A stretch of DNA of 64,000 nt. Source: Octopus vulgaris. Taxonomy: Eukaryota. Made by a program: the position numbers and the translations under genes. The notes below the pieces were generated by a model, which ran no database searches, was not told the DNA's origin, and saw nothing but the letters and a program-made list of their open reading frames with translations. Shown here in pieces: positions 13,117 through 24,388 of this stretch. Each line of letters begins with the position of its first letter. The first letter of the stretch is position 1. The stretch spans positions 133,300,001 through 133,364,000 of the forward strand of contig OX597815.1 in assembly GCA_951406725.2 (NCBI GenBank), read 5' to 3'.

Positions 13117-13480
13117 ATTGTTGTATTTGGGGGTGGTCGTGTTGCCTGTTTAGCCAATGAAAACACAAGCCCTATATATTTGGTGTTCACTTGCTTCAGC
13201 TATATTTTATATTAATTGTATTTCAGCCAGAGTTCTTTCATTACACTTCTGTGACCTCATCAGTGGTCCTGTGCTTTCTTCTTTCTTTTTTGTGTGTCTC
13301 TCTTTACAAACAATCTGCCATTTTGTATTCCTGTTGATGAGGTCGCAGAAGTGTGACTAAAGAACTCTGGCCGAAATACAATTAACATAAAATATAGCTG
13401 AAGCAAGTGAACATCAAAAACATAGTGTGTATGTGTTCATTGGCTAAACTGACAAAATGACCATCTCCAAATACAACAAT
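13117..13480. repeat. Long imperfect hairpin (~147-bp arms)
   Basis: 13117-13263 pairs with 13333-13480. Confidence 0.85.
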
Positions 13481-14963
13481 GTCTGTTTCAACACACAAAT
13501 TCACATCAAGAATCTTGCAAAATGAATATATAAACATAACTTACAAATAGATTTACAATCTACCAACTAAAATTTCGACCACCTCGTACAGAATTTAAAC
13601 ATTATTTATTAGAAGTCTTGAAAATTTAACTTAAAACTCTTTAAAAAGTTTAACTTAACTTAAAACTCTTTACAAAAAAGGACATGAACCTCTTCCTTAA
13701 AGATCGAAACTTTACATGCCCATACACCATTTGATGTCTGTTTTTCATGCTGGTATGGGTTGCACAGCTTGACTAGATGCAGTAAGCTGGAGAGCTGCAC
13801 CAAGTTGCAGTTGTTTTGTTTGGCTTGCTTTCTATGGTTAGATGCTCTTCCTAATGCCAACCACTTTACAGAATGTACTGGGTGCTTTTTATTGGCACCA
13901 GCACTGTGTAGCTAGAAGAGAAGCTAGGCAAAAGGAATATTTAGCAAGGAGAGAAGCAGAGGTTGAAAAGCACAAAGTTATAAGTTCAGGAGTCAAACCT
14001 GAACCTATAACTATGTATATAAACACATGGAAGTGCATATAACAGCATAAACCACATTTAATGATATAGACCATGTATAACAGCATAAACCATGTGTGTG
14101 ACATAAACAATGTATAACAACAGCATAAACTACATATAACCCTTTCAATTAAAGGCACAAGGCCTGGAATTTGCTGGGAAGGGGCCAGTCAATTAGATCA
14201 ACCCCCAGTGCACAACTGGTACATAATTTATCGACCCCCCCCCATTATCATCATCATCATCATCGCCGTTTAACGTCTGCTTTCCATGCTGGCATGGGTT
14301 GGATGGTTTGACTGAAGGCTGGTAAGCCAGAAGGCTGCACCAGGTTCCAATATGATCTGGCACAGTTTCAACAGCTGGATGTCCTTCCTAACACCATCCA
14401 CTCCAAGAATGTAGTGGGTGCTTTTTACATGCCAACGCCACGAGGGCCAGTCAGGCAGTACTGGCATTGACCATGCTTTAATGGTGCTTTTTATGTGCCA
14501 CTGAAATGGGAGCCTGTCAGGCAGTACTGGCATCGACCATGCTCGAATAGTGCTTTTTACGTGCCACAGATACAGGAGCCAGTCAGGCGGCACTGGCAAC
14601 ATTCACGCTCAAATGAAAGGATAAATAGCAAAGTCAACCTCAGCGAAATTTGAACTCAGAACGTAAAGACAGGTGAAATACCGCTAAGCATTTTGCCCCG
14701 TGTGCAAACGATTCTGCCAGCTCACCACCTAATAAACTACATATAGTGATATAAATCATATATAATGGTATAAACCACTTATAAAAAGCATAATCTATGT
14801 TTAACAGAGTAAATTATGTATAACAGAGTAAACTAGTTGCAGCCCTTTCTGTCAAGAAAAAGAAAAAGCCTTAGCCATTTGATGAAATACAGTGTAGCAG
14901 AGCTGCATATTACATAGTAATATGAGTTGACCTGCACAGTAGACGAATATATCGATGAGGAGT

Positions 14964-15039
14964 CTAGCCTCACCTTGATACACCGGCCTCACTTTGATAC
15001 ACTAGCCTCATTCTGAGACACTAGCCTCATTCTGAGCTA
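14964..15039. repeat. Minisatellite 4 x 19 bp (CTAGCCTCA.T.TGA.ACA)
   Basis: Direct inspection. Confidence 0.8.
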
Positions 15040-15518
15040 CACTGTAGAAACAGCTTCAGTTCCTGCCAGGCTTTGGTCAAAGACACATGTCTTCTCTGCA
15101 GCTCCACACACAATCTCCTACATGCGACTCACATGTCTATTCACCTCAATACAAGATATATGGTTCATAAACAAAGATATTTTATCACACACACACATTC
15201 TCAAAATGACTGTTCTCATTACACACATGCATACATACTGTAATACAAATATTATGTTACTTCTTTCAATGCAAAAGCAAAAATCAAAACTTTCTTTGTA
15301 TGTAAACGCATATGTTTTTGTTTCATACTACATGCTTCCACCACAGAAGCTGAACACAGAATAAACAATATATTTATACACAAAAATATCTCATGGTGAT
15401 TTATACTAACTGTTGTTCCATTTAATAACATGCACTTGAACAGCCAACGACAGCCACTATAAGAACTTCATAAAAATAAACAACAGACAGACATAAGTTA
15501 GAGAGGGGACGTTATAAT

Positions 15519-16130
15519 CAGTGGCGGCTCACAGATAAAATTAGTTGGGGTGCTGCTTCAGAAAATTTTTAGCCGTCGTTTTAATATTGTGTAAAAGGAA
15601 ATAAACATATAAACAGAAAATTTATACATAAACTTGATCGGGTCGCATTTTACCCACTGCCTGGTAGTGTGTTTAATTTGTTTACTGAACACCGCTGTGA
15701 ATTTCCCCATGTTTTTCAAAAATCCCCACTAAATCACAAAATAAGGCAGAGAAAATCAGCCCTATTTTTCAAATCCTGGCAGCAACACTGAAGCTGGAAG
15801 CAGGATAATAATCTAATTCTATACTTTATCACATTCAAGAATATAAACATGTTTTTAAACACAACACATGCGGAGTCCAAAGGAAACACTACTTTTCATT
15901 GGAATATGAGGGTCAGCACTGTCATTCATGCAGTGCTCTCTCTCTCCCTAGTGTGAAGATTCTTATTTCGAACATGTGAGCATGCGCACAATAGCCAAAC
16001 ACTGCATCACTGGAACTGTGAAGTGCACAGTTCTATACAAGGATTTTTGTATTTTTTTTATAAACCAGAGGATGGCTACTGACATTAAGCATAAGGATTA
16101 TAAAATGTACAAGTATAAAGAAAGAATTAA
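15519..16130. mobile_element. hAT-like MITE, second copy in opposite orientation, one end lost
   Basis: Reverse-complement similarity to 58190-58764. Confidence 0.8.
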
Positions 16131-16295
16131 AGAAAAAAAGGACTCGTTATATTGAATGTAATCAATACTATTGAGTGGAAGTAGGGAGTGTTGCAGTTCC
16201 GCAGTGCCTATATACGAGTCCAACATGGGCTGCAGTCCAATGGTTGAAACCAGGGCCAAAATAAAAGAATGCTCAAAATTTCAAATACAACTTAC

Positions 16296-16467
16296 CATTA
16301 TCATCTTGCCAAGCACTGATACCATGAGGAACAAATCTCTGAGGATGAAAATTCTCAAGTTCTAATTCAATGATTTCTTGGTTACTGTCTTTAGACATAT
16401 CATAGAGAAGGATACGTCCCATACTATTAGTGTTCTTACCCTGGCTGAGGTAATCAACAAGAAAACC
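16296..16467 (-). CDS. PON: PON-like exon 4 (GFLVDY...FVPHGISAWQDDN)
   Basis: PHGIS motif (H115); 172 nt; canonical splice sites. Confidence 0.95.
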
Positions 16468-17336
16468 CTGAAAAATGTTAAAATATAAAATACATTTTGT
16501 TTGACTGATTGTTTTGTTTGTTTGATTTTTATAAAGGAGGAAATTTTGTTTGTATAATGTCTGTTTTTCCATGCTAGTATGGGCTGGACAGGGACTTATT
16601 TAATGCCCTTCCTGTCCTGAATGTTTACTGGTTTTCAAGGAAAGAGATTTTTTTTTTATTCCAAAGGTCTTTGAAAGAGCAGAGCCACCTTAATAATGTC
16701 AAAAGGATGTATACATCATATCACTGTTTTCTTTAGACCAACTAAGAGGAAGAGTATAGTGTTGAGGGAGGTGGCTTTATGCCAAGTGATCTGAGGTTAA
16801 TGTATGATAGAGGGACAATAACAGGTGTCTTGCTGTAAGATACATGGTTAGCCCAGAGTCAGGGCAAACCCACAAATTACAAAGAAGATACAAAGGATTG
16901 GACTGGGTGAGTGGGTAGGTGAGTAAATTTTAAAAAGTGTGGAGAGTGGCAGACACACACATATGGCAGGCTCCCATACAGTTTCCATTTATCAGTTCCA
17001 CTTATGAGACATTGATTGGTTCGGGTCTAAAGAAAAAGACAGTTTCCCAAGACACCACACAGTAGAGCTGAACTTACATCATGATTGTGAAACAAACTTC
17101 TTAACTATTTGGCCATACTGTGCATGCTGCCCATAAAATACTGGGGTTAAACTAATCAAATCAATGACAATTTAATTAATTGGTATCCACCAACACACAC
17201 AGTTATAAGTTGCCACTGACTCTGAGGTTTTGTTTTTGTTTACCTAATGACTTAGTCAGAGGGAGAACAACAGAACCATGAGCTTTGTTAGGGTCTCAAA
17301 TAAATGGACTGACTTTATTTTGTCAGTGTGCAAATA

Positions 17337-17903
17337 CACTACTGTCAGAAATTAATTAGCACCCTTGATTTGCTCACCATGAAGCATGGTGTGGGTGGTC
17401 TGATGGTGTGAGGGGCATTCAGCTACAGTGGTGTTGGGCGGCTCTATGCCGTCAAAGGCAACATCAACGCAGCAAAGTACGTTGAGATAGTACGGGATAC
17501 CTCTTTGGTGGTGAGGAGTACGTGCTGGCCAGTCACCTGACCTGAACCCTATTGAGAACCTCTGGAGTCGATTGGGTAGGGATTTGAATGTGCAGCAATA
17601 CAGGAACCGACACGAGCTGTTTGGGGCACTTCTTGCTGCATGAGGGGCCATCCCTGCACAGTACCTGCAGGCACTCATAGACAGCATGCCGACCCGCGTA
17701 GCAGCTGTCATTGCTGCCAAAGGAGGAGCAACAAGATATTGACTAAATTTCACGATTAATAACAATTATGTGGTGTGCTGGGATATGTTTTAATAAATTT
17801 TTGATTAAAAACGAGTTCGTTTCTGATAATAAGTTAATTAAATTAAGAAAATGTAAGAAAATGTAGAAATTTGAGAAGTGCTAATTAATTTCCGACGCAA
17901 GTG
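17337..17903 (+). mobile_element. Internally deleted Tc1 element
   Basis: 26-bp TIRs (CACT..GTC.GAAATTAATTAGCAC), TA TSD, SPDLNPIENLW motif. Confidence 0.88.
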
Positions 17904-18044
17904 TAAACAATGAAATGCCTGCAATGTATTTCAACCCCAGATCAATGAGTCAATAAGCCCATACCATTTCCACATGAGTATCTTACATTTACTGTCAATC
18001 ATTGAGGAAATAAGAGAAAAACAAAGCAAAAATATTCTACTCAC

Positions 18045-18100
18045 AGAAGTAATGAATGTCAAGCCATTTGGTAAAGTATGCATATCTTCAGAACCATTTT
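18045..18100 (-). CDS. PON: PON-like exon 3 (ENGSEDMHTLPNGLTFITS)
   Basis: Matches PON1 ETGSEDLEILPNGLAFISS (E53/D54); 56 nt; ttttcag and GTGAGT flanks. Confidence 0.95.
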
Positions 18101-19411
18101 CTGAAAATAATAACAAGTATGATAAATAAGTAATGTTTATCAAAAGATTGCTATAATGGTAATATAGGTTTGAGTACTGTGATGAGGAAATCTTTTGGCT
18201 GGATTTGATTTGGCCTTCTGTTGTATCTACATATACGTATTTAGTGGTTTCTATAAAACATACAATATTCTTTTCTATTCTAGGCACAAGGCCCAAAATT
18301 ATGGGGGAGGGGGCCAGTTGATTAAATCAACCCCAGTGCACAACTGGTACTTAATTTATCGACCCTGAAAGGATAAAAGGCAAAGTCAACCTTGGTGGAA
18401 TTTGAACTCAGAACGTAAAGACAGACGAAATACCACTATGCATTTCACCTGGCGTGCTAACATTTCTAACAGCTTGCCACCTTATAAAACATACAATATT
18501 ATAACAAAATGTATGATTCTTTCTTACTAATTTTAGTAAAAAATGAGAGCAGTTTTGAAGAGACAGGACAAGACAAATACATTAAAACCTAGTAGTTTTG
18601 TTTTTTTTTTATCAACTCTGAAAGGATGAAAGGGAAAGTTAAGCTCAGTGGTATTTGAACTCAGAAAGTAAAAAGCTAGAAGGCATCCAACAAAGCATTT
18701 TGTTTGACTCATTAACAATTCTGCTAGCTTGCCGCCTTAACGAAAGTATAATGGTGCCCATCTCAACTTTCATCATATGAAATGGTTGACAAACATCTCA
18801 ATTTAAAGAAAATGCTAATAAACTGCATATCGCCTGACTGGCACCTGTGCTGGTGGTATATAAAAAGCATCATATGAATGTGGTCAATGCCAGTGCCACC
18901 TGACTGGCTCCTGTGCTGCTGGCACATAAAAAGCACCATTCGAATGTGGTCAATGCCAGTGCTGCCTGACTGGCCCCTGTGCCGGTGGTATGTAAAAAGC
19001 ACCCACTACACTCTCAGAGTGGTTGGCGTTAGGAAGGGCATCCAGCTGTAGAAACCTTGCCAGATCAGATTGGAGCCTGGTGCAGTGTCCTGGCTTGCCA
19101 GCCCTCAGTCAAACCGTCCAACGCATGCCAGCATGGAAAGCAGGCGTTAAACAATGCTATCTTTCTTTCATTTCCCTCTTGTCAAGTTTACTCTGATGAA
19201 GGACTCTGTCTGAAATGTTGGGCATTCCCGTCTCCACAGCAATTTCATTGAACTCTTTCTGTTGCTTTTCTCAAAAAATACAAGTTTTGTTGACATAAAC
19301 TATCACCAGTTCCCTTGGATTCCATTTTATTTAGAAATTTAAGCAAATATACCATAAAATATTTATTCCAATGCATTGCATTATGAATCTTTTGAAGAAA
19401 TCTATTTTTAA

Positions 19412-22400
19412 ATGATTGATTGATTGATTGATTGATTCTAGTTTCAGCTTATGAGCTGTGGCCATGCTGGGGCACCGCCATTTGGTGTTGCTACTTGGTT
19501 TCACTTCATGGAGGCTTTCTAGCGACTGCTATTTGGTGCATGAGAGAGTTCGATGCAGCTGCCCTCATCTGTCCCTCCTGCCGTGAAGTTGGTTCATCTG
19601 GGACACCTGACAGGAAGAGATCCAGCTTCATTTTAAAGACATCTGTATCCACCCCATGCAGGTCTCTCAGGTTCTTCGGGAGGATATTGAAGAGCTGTGG
19701 GCCTCGGAAGCCCAGGCTATCACAGAATCTTGTCCTACATCTTGATGGCAGGTTTGGAGTCCTAGGCACCACACAGTGGCGCCCAGTTCTGGCATTTGCG
19801 TAACTCTCGATGCCAAAGTTCAGGACACTTCCCTCCAGGATCTTCCAGATGTATATTATGGCATATCTTTCCCGCCTACGCTCCAGGGAATATAATTTTA
19901 ATCTCTTGAGTCTTTCCCAGTAGCTTACATTCTGCATAGAGGCTATCTTCTTTGTGTAGCTTCGTTGGATCGCCTCAAGTTCTGTGATCAACTTGACACT
20001 GGATGGTGACCATAGCTGAGAGCAATAGTCAAAGTGGCTTAGGACAAGTGTCTTCCAGAGGACCATCATGGTTTCTTGTTCTCTTGTTCTAAAGGTTCTA
20101 AGAATCCATCCAGCCAGCCGTCTACATTTCATTGTCAGTTTAGCAACATGTACATGAAAGGTCGCGTCATCACTCATGTGAATACCCAGGTCACGCACTG
20201 ATTGTGCCTCTGGGATTGCAATCCCTCCGGGTCCAGTGTATTCATTGGGTATTGCATTCAGTTTTGCATGCTGATAGTATAAAGCTTGAAACTTTCCAGC
20301 ATTGAACTGCATGCTATTCTTTTCAGCCCACTTGTATATTTCGTCCAGCTCACATTGCAGGTGTTTAGTGTCCTCAGGGTTCTGTATTTCCTGTGAAACT
20401 TTTGTATCATCTGCATAACTTGTGATCGTGGCTCTCTGCGTGGCTGAGGGCATGTCTGAGAGGGCCATTATGAACAGTAGTGGTCCCAGAACAGTGCCCT
20501 GCGGAACACCGCTCACTATTTGTGTGTTAATGGAGGTGGCCCCATTGGCTACTACCACCTGACTTCTATCCTTCAGAAAGTCATGAAGCCATTCTCCCAG
20601 TTTTCCAACTATGTTGAGATCACGCAGTTTGTGACATATCATTCCATGATCGACTTTATCAAAGGCCTTTGCAAAGTCGAGATATATCACTTCCACATTT
20701 GAGTGGTTGAGCAGCCGTTTCAGCACCCAGTCATAGTGTTGTAGGAGCTGAGTTAAACAGCTTCTCCCTGGTCGGAAACCATGTTGGGTGTCGGGCAGCA
20801 AGTCATTCTCTTCAAGGAAGGTGATCAGCTTCCTTCTGACTATTCGTTCCATGACCTTGCTGATGTGTGAGGTCAGAGAGATAGGTCTATAGTTCTTGGC
20901 TTCCGCTCTGCTACCTCCTTTATGAATGGGGCATATTTTACCTTCCTTCAGTTTTCCTGGAAGTTTGCCAGCTGCAAGGAAGCTCTGAAAGAGGAACTGC
21001 AGTGGTCTTGCTAGGACTCTCTTACATGCTTTTAGGAGGATTGCCGGGAATCCATCGGGGCCAGTAGCTGAGTCTGTTTTCATTTCATCTATAGCCTTGG
21101 TTACATCGTCTTCCTTTATATCGATGTAATCTATCGTCGCCGCCTCTGATTTTATATCTGCAGTGGTAAAAAAGTCAGTTGGATTGGTGATTTGGAGATG
21201 CCCAAGGGGTGGAGTGAAAACACTCTTGAATTGCTCATTCAGTATTTCACTTACCCTCATTGGTTTTCCTGTAAGTGTGCCATCCTTTTCAAGGAGTGGC
21301 CCTATTCTACAGTGCACTGTAGCTGTTTCTTTGGCATACCTGTAGAAAGCTCTGGGGTTAGATTTTATGTTTTCTATAGCCCAGGCTTCTTTGTCTGCTC
21401 TTTCTTTTTCATGGGAGAGTTGCAGACATTTTTCGATTTCCAACAGTTTTATTTTTATTTTTAGGCGGGACTTTTCACTGCTTTCAATCTGTTTGTTTAG
21501 GCGATTTGAAAATTTCGTACGCCGTCTCATTAAAATTTTCCTCTCTCTGGGGATTTTGTTCTTGTGTACAGTGGCCTTTCTCTCTGGGACACATTTGTAG
21601 CATATGGCTTGCATTACAGACATGAATTGTTGATGTTTCACGTCGATGTCTGGCGAGGAGAGACATTTAGGCCAGTTTTGTTTGAGGATCTCTTTCTCAA
21701 TTTGTTTCCAGTTTGCCTTATGGTAGTTCAAGCTGGAAAGATTTTGAGGGTTTCTTGTAGGCTGCATGTCCGTGCTCTCTTTTGGCCCGTACATGGTCAG
21801 CTCTATCATGTTGTGATCCGAGAGTAGTGTCGGTGTCACTTTCACATTATGGATGAGATCCATGTCATTTGTGAAGCAGAGATCCAGTGTGTTACCTGCC
21901 CTGGTTGGTTGGAGTATTACCTGCTCCATGTACAGGGTGTTGATGAGGTTCAGGAGGGACCTCGCCTGTCCTCGTTCACATCTTGTCATTCCTGGGAGAG
22001 AAAGGCCCTCGGGCCATCTGACATTCGGCAGATTGAAGTCTCCCATAAGAAGCACACCTATGTGTTGTTCTAATGTGGTTAGAATTTCTTCTATTTTTAT
22101 AAGGCAGTCTTCAAACTTGCCCACATGGCTTGGGGCATCTGGAGGGCGATATGTAGCACACACAACTATATCAAGTTGCCTAATATGTACAATTGTGTCA
22201 CACACCGAGTTTGAGTATGACAAGAGGACCTGGGGTGTGAGGTCCTCACGGATGTACATAGCAACACCTCCATGACTCCTTTCTTTCCTGTCGGTCCGTA
22301 GTACAGCATACTGTGGTATGTGTAACTCCGCATCTGCTATGTCCGGTTTCAGGTGCGTTTCTGTAAGTGCTATGCATAAGGCTTGATTGCATGCAACAAA

Positions 22401-22680
22401 GTCTCTCAGGAACGGGATCTTTGTCCTGTTACTGAGTGTTTGCAGTCCTCTGATGTTCAGTAGGAGTATCGAGGTGAGGTGTACGTTGTTGCCGGCGGTG
22501 TCCATCCTGTGTCTGTCTGCTGTGGTGGTCTGGTATATAGTGGGTAGTCCCACCTGCGGGCTTGGGTTTGATGAAGCCAGGTCAGCTGCTGTACAATCTT
22601 TTGTGCCATGCACAAAAAAGATTGTTGCTCAGCAGCTGCTCTTTCGACAACATCATGTTGGCTGTTTGTGGCGCGCACAA
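19412..22680 (-). mobile_element. 5'-truncated LINE (CR1/L2 supergroup, clade uncertain) with (ATCA)n tail
   Basis: Contains uninterrupted APE+RT ORF; short 3' UTR; (TGAT)n on the + strand at 19412-19436. Confidence 0.92.
19506..22613 (-). CDS. LINE ORF2: AP endonuclease + reverse transcriptase (1035 aa, no stops)
   Basis: NIRGL, LTETHL, GDFN, LDLCF, SDH endonuclease motifs; YLDFAKAFDKV, GVPQGTVLGP, YADD RT motifs. Confidence 0.95.
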   Translation of the reverse strand: MHGTKDCTAADLASSNPSPQVGLPTIYQTTTADRHRMDTAGNNVHLTSILLLNIRGLQTLSNRTKIPFLRDFVACNQALCIALTETHLKPDIADAELHIPQYAVLRTDRKERSHGGVAMYIREDLTPQVLLSYSNSVCDTIVHIRQLDIVVCATYRPPDAPSHVGKFEDCLIKIEEILTTLEQHIGVLLMGDFNLPNVRWPEGLSLPGMTRCERGQARSLLNLINTLYMEQVILQPTRAGNTLDLCFTNDMDLIHNVKVTPTLLSDHNMIELTMYGPKESTDMQPTRNPQNLSSLNYHKANWKQIEKEILKQNWPKCLSSPDIDVKHQQFMSVMQAICYKCVPERKATVHKNKIPRERKILMRRRTKFSNRLNKQIESSEKSRLKIKIKLLEIEKCLQLSHEKERADKEAWAIENIKSNPRAFYRYAKETATVHCRIGPLLEKDGTLTGKPMRVSEILNEQFKSVFTPPLGHLQITNPTDFFTTADIKSEAATIDYIDIKEDDVTKAIDEMKTDSATGPDGFPAILLKACKRVLARPLQFLFQSFLAAGKLPGKLKEGKICPIHKGGSRAEAKNYRPISLTSHISKVMERIVRRKLITFLEENDLLPDTQHGFRPGRSCLTQLLQHYDWVLKRLLNHSNVEVIYLDFAKAFDKVDHGMICHKLRDLNIVGKLGEWLHDFLKDRSQVVVANGATSINTQIVSGVPQGTVLGPLLFIMALSDMPSATQRATITSYADDTKVSQEIQNPEDTKHLQCELDEIYKWAEKNSMQFNAGKFQALYYQHAKLNAIPNEYTGPGGIAIPEAQSVRDLGIHMSDDATFHVHVAKLTMKCRRLAGWILRTFRTREQETMMVLWKTLVLSHFDYCSQLWSPSSVKLITELEAIQRSYTKKIASMQNVSYWERLKRLKLYSLERRRERYAIIYIWKILEGSVLNFGIESYANARTGRHCVVPRTPNLPSRCRTRFCDSLGFRGPQLFNILPKNLRDLHGVDTDVFKMKLDLFLSGVPDEPTSRQEGQMRAAASNSLMHQIAVARKPP

Positions 22681-22974
22681 CATATATAAATTTAATATAA
22701 ATTTTAATAGTGTTTATTTATGAAAAGTTTTGAGTAGTTTTTCCATACCAGCATGGGTTAGATGAATACATATTACTGAGGTATTGTTTTACAGCTAGAT
22801 GCCTTTCCTGTCACTTATTTTTCCCAAGTAAAGGATTTTTCAATGGACTCATCTTCAAAAGCACAGAGTTAACCAACAGTTTGCTGACACAGAATTGTCA
22901 AACAACACCAGTACTTTTTTTTTATGTGTATACTTCTTTACTTCATAAAGCTAGCACATTATTTTCACTAAATA

Positions 22975-23190
22975 AGGTGGAGAGCTGGCAGAAACATTAG
23001 CACACCAGGCAAAATGTTTAGCAGTATTTCTTCTGTTTTTACGTTCTGTGTTCAAATTCTGCCGAGGCCAACTTTGCCTTTCATCTTTTCAGGGTCAATA
23101 AATTAAATATCAGTTGCATACTGGGGTCGATCTAATCAACTGGCCCCCTCCCCATAAATTCCGAGCCTTGAGTCTAGGGTAGAAAAGATT
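22975..23190 (+). mobile_element. tRNA-SINE family A (others 1-128, 18270-18483, 18560-18740, 37058-37272, 40195-40410, 52350-52565 and more)
   Basis: AGCTGGCAGAA A box, GTTCAAATTC B box, conserved GCCTTTCATCCTTTC.GGGTC.ATAAA block. Confidence 0.85.
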
Positions 23191-23869
23191 ATTTTCACTA
23201 AATATGCTATAAGTATGCTTATTTTCAATTTTTTCAGATCACTGACATGTTAACTATATCTTTTTGATAGGACCACCTCTACAAATATGAAAATGTGGTG
23301 ATATATACAACAGATAGTGCTGCCGAGATCACTGAGATTTGAAAGCAATCCACCAATGGTGTCTATATAGAATAGTCAAGATCACTTCCAAAGATAGAAT
23401 CTCAAACTCTTATAAGTCCTGAGAAGAATCAATCTGTTCAGCCTGCAGGAGACTGTGATGGATAGTACAATGAGACTGGTATGTCATATTCTCTGACTGC
23501 CAGAAGAATGGCTACTCAAGATGATAGGCATAATCAAAGGGATGGCAGAAAAGAGGAAAACACAAGAAGACATAGTCGACCATCTTTGGAGAAGATCCAA
23601 GACAACTTAGCATCACTTGAGGAGATACAGATGACTCGACTCAAAATCAGTTTAATTAGAGACATCTTGCTACCTGATGTACAAACCAACTGTACAAAAG
23701 GAACTCGTCATCAGCAACTCCAGCTCATATCCAAGCATTGGGTTCATCAGTTTCTGTCCAGTCTCCTTGGCAGATGTTTGTGCTGAATGTGACTTTGGAG
23801 TCCAAGTTGGTGGTGAAAGAGTCGTGAGCAGAATTCGCACAGAATGGTCGGTGCGGGTCAAGTATGTTG

Positions 23870-24220
23870 AAGATGCTCCTTTCTTCTCCTGTGCTTTACC
23901 TCCTCATTCAGTTGTCTGATCTGCTCAAAGGAGTTGGCTCCACTGCAGATAACAGTCCTCCACGCTGTCCTATTCATGGCAATCTGTTCTCATGAGGATG
24001 GCTGGATGTTAGTTTGAGCTGATCTTTAAAACAGAATTTCAGACCTCCTCTGGGTCTCTTTCCAATTGCAAGTTCTCCAAAGAGCATGATCCTCAGGAGA
24101 CAAGAGGGCTCCATACACCGGATGTGACCTGCCCAGTAGAGGCAATGGCAAAGAATGGTGGCTTCAATGTTTGGTAGTGAGGTGCAGCGAAGAACCTCAT
24201 TATTGGTAATGTGGAACTAC
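23870..24220 (-). mobile_element. Old RTE/BovB-like LINE 3' fragment
   Basis: Degenerate ITNNEVLR...YWAGHIRCM...LFGELAIGKRPRG translation. Confidence 0.6.
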
Positions 24221-24317
24221 AACAAAGTTTATACCTATAAATAATATACATTCATAAAGTTAATAGCATATTCAGAATGTTTGTCCTTTGCATAAAATAT
24301 ATTCAGAAAATACTTAC

Positions 24318-24388
24318 CAACACCAGCAATATATTTACATGGTCCTGGTGAATGGTTATATATAGTTAACTTGAAACAAAATTGGTAT
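24318..24388 (-). CDS. PON: PON-like exon 2 (YQFCFKLTIYNHSPGPCKYIAGV)
   Basis: AG/GT flanks, 71 nt, Cys equivalent to PON1 C42, phases 2 to 1 fit neighbours. Confidence 0.9.

Noticed and set aside
20520-22689. Plus-strand ORFs over the LINE (and those antisense to the RTE and NDFIP)
   Set aside because: Shadow ORFs opposite real coding sequence
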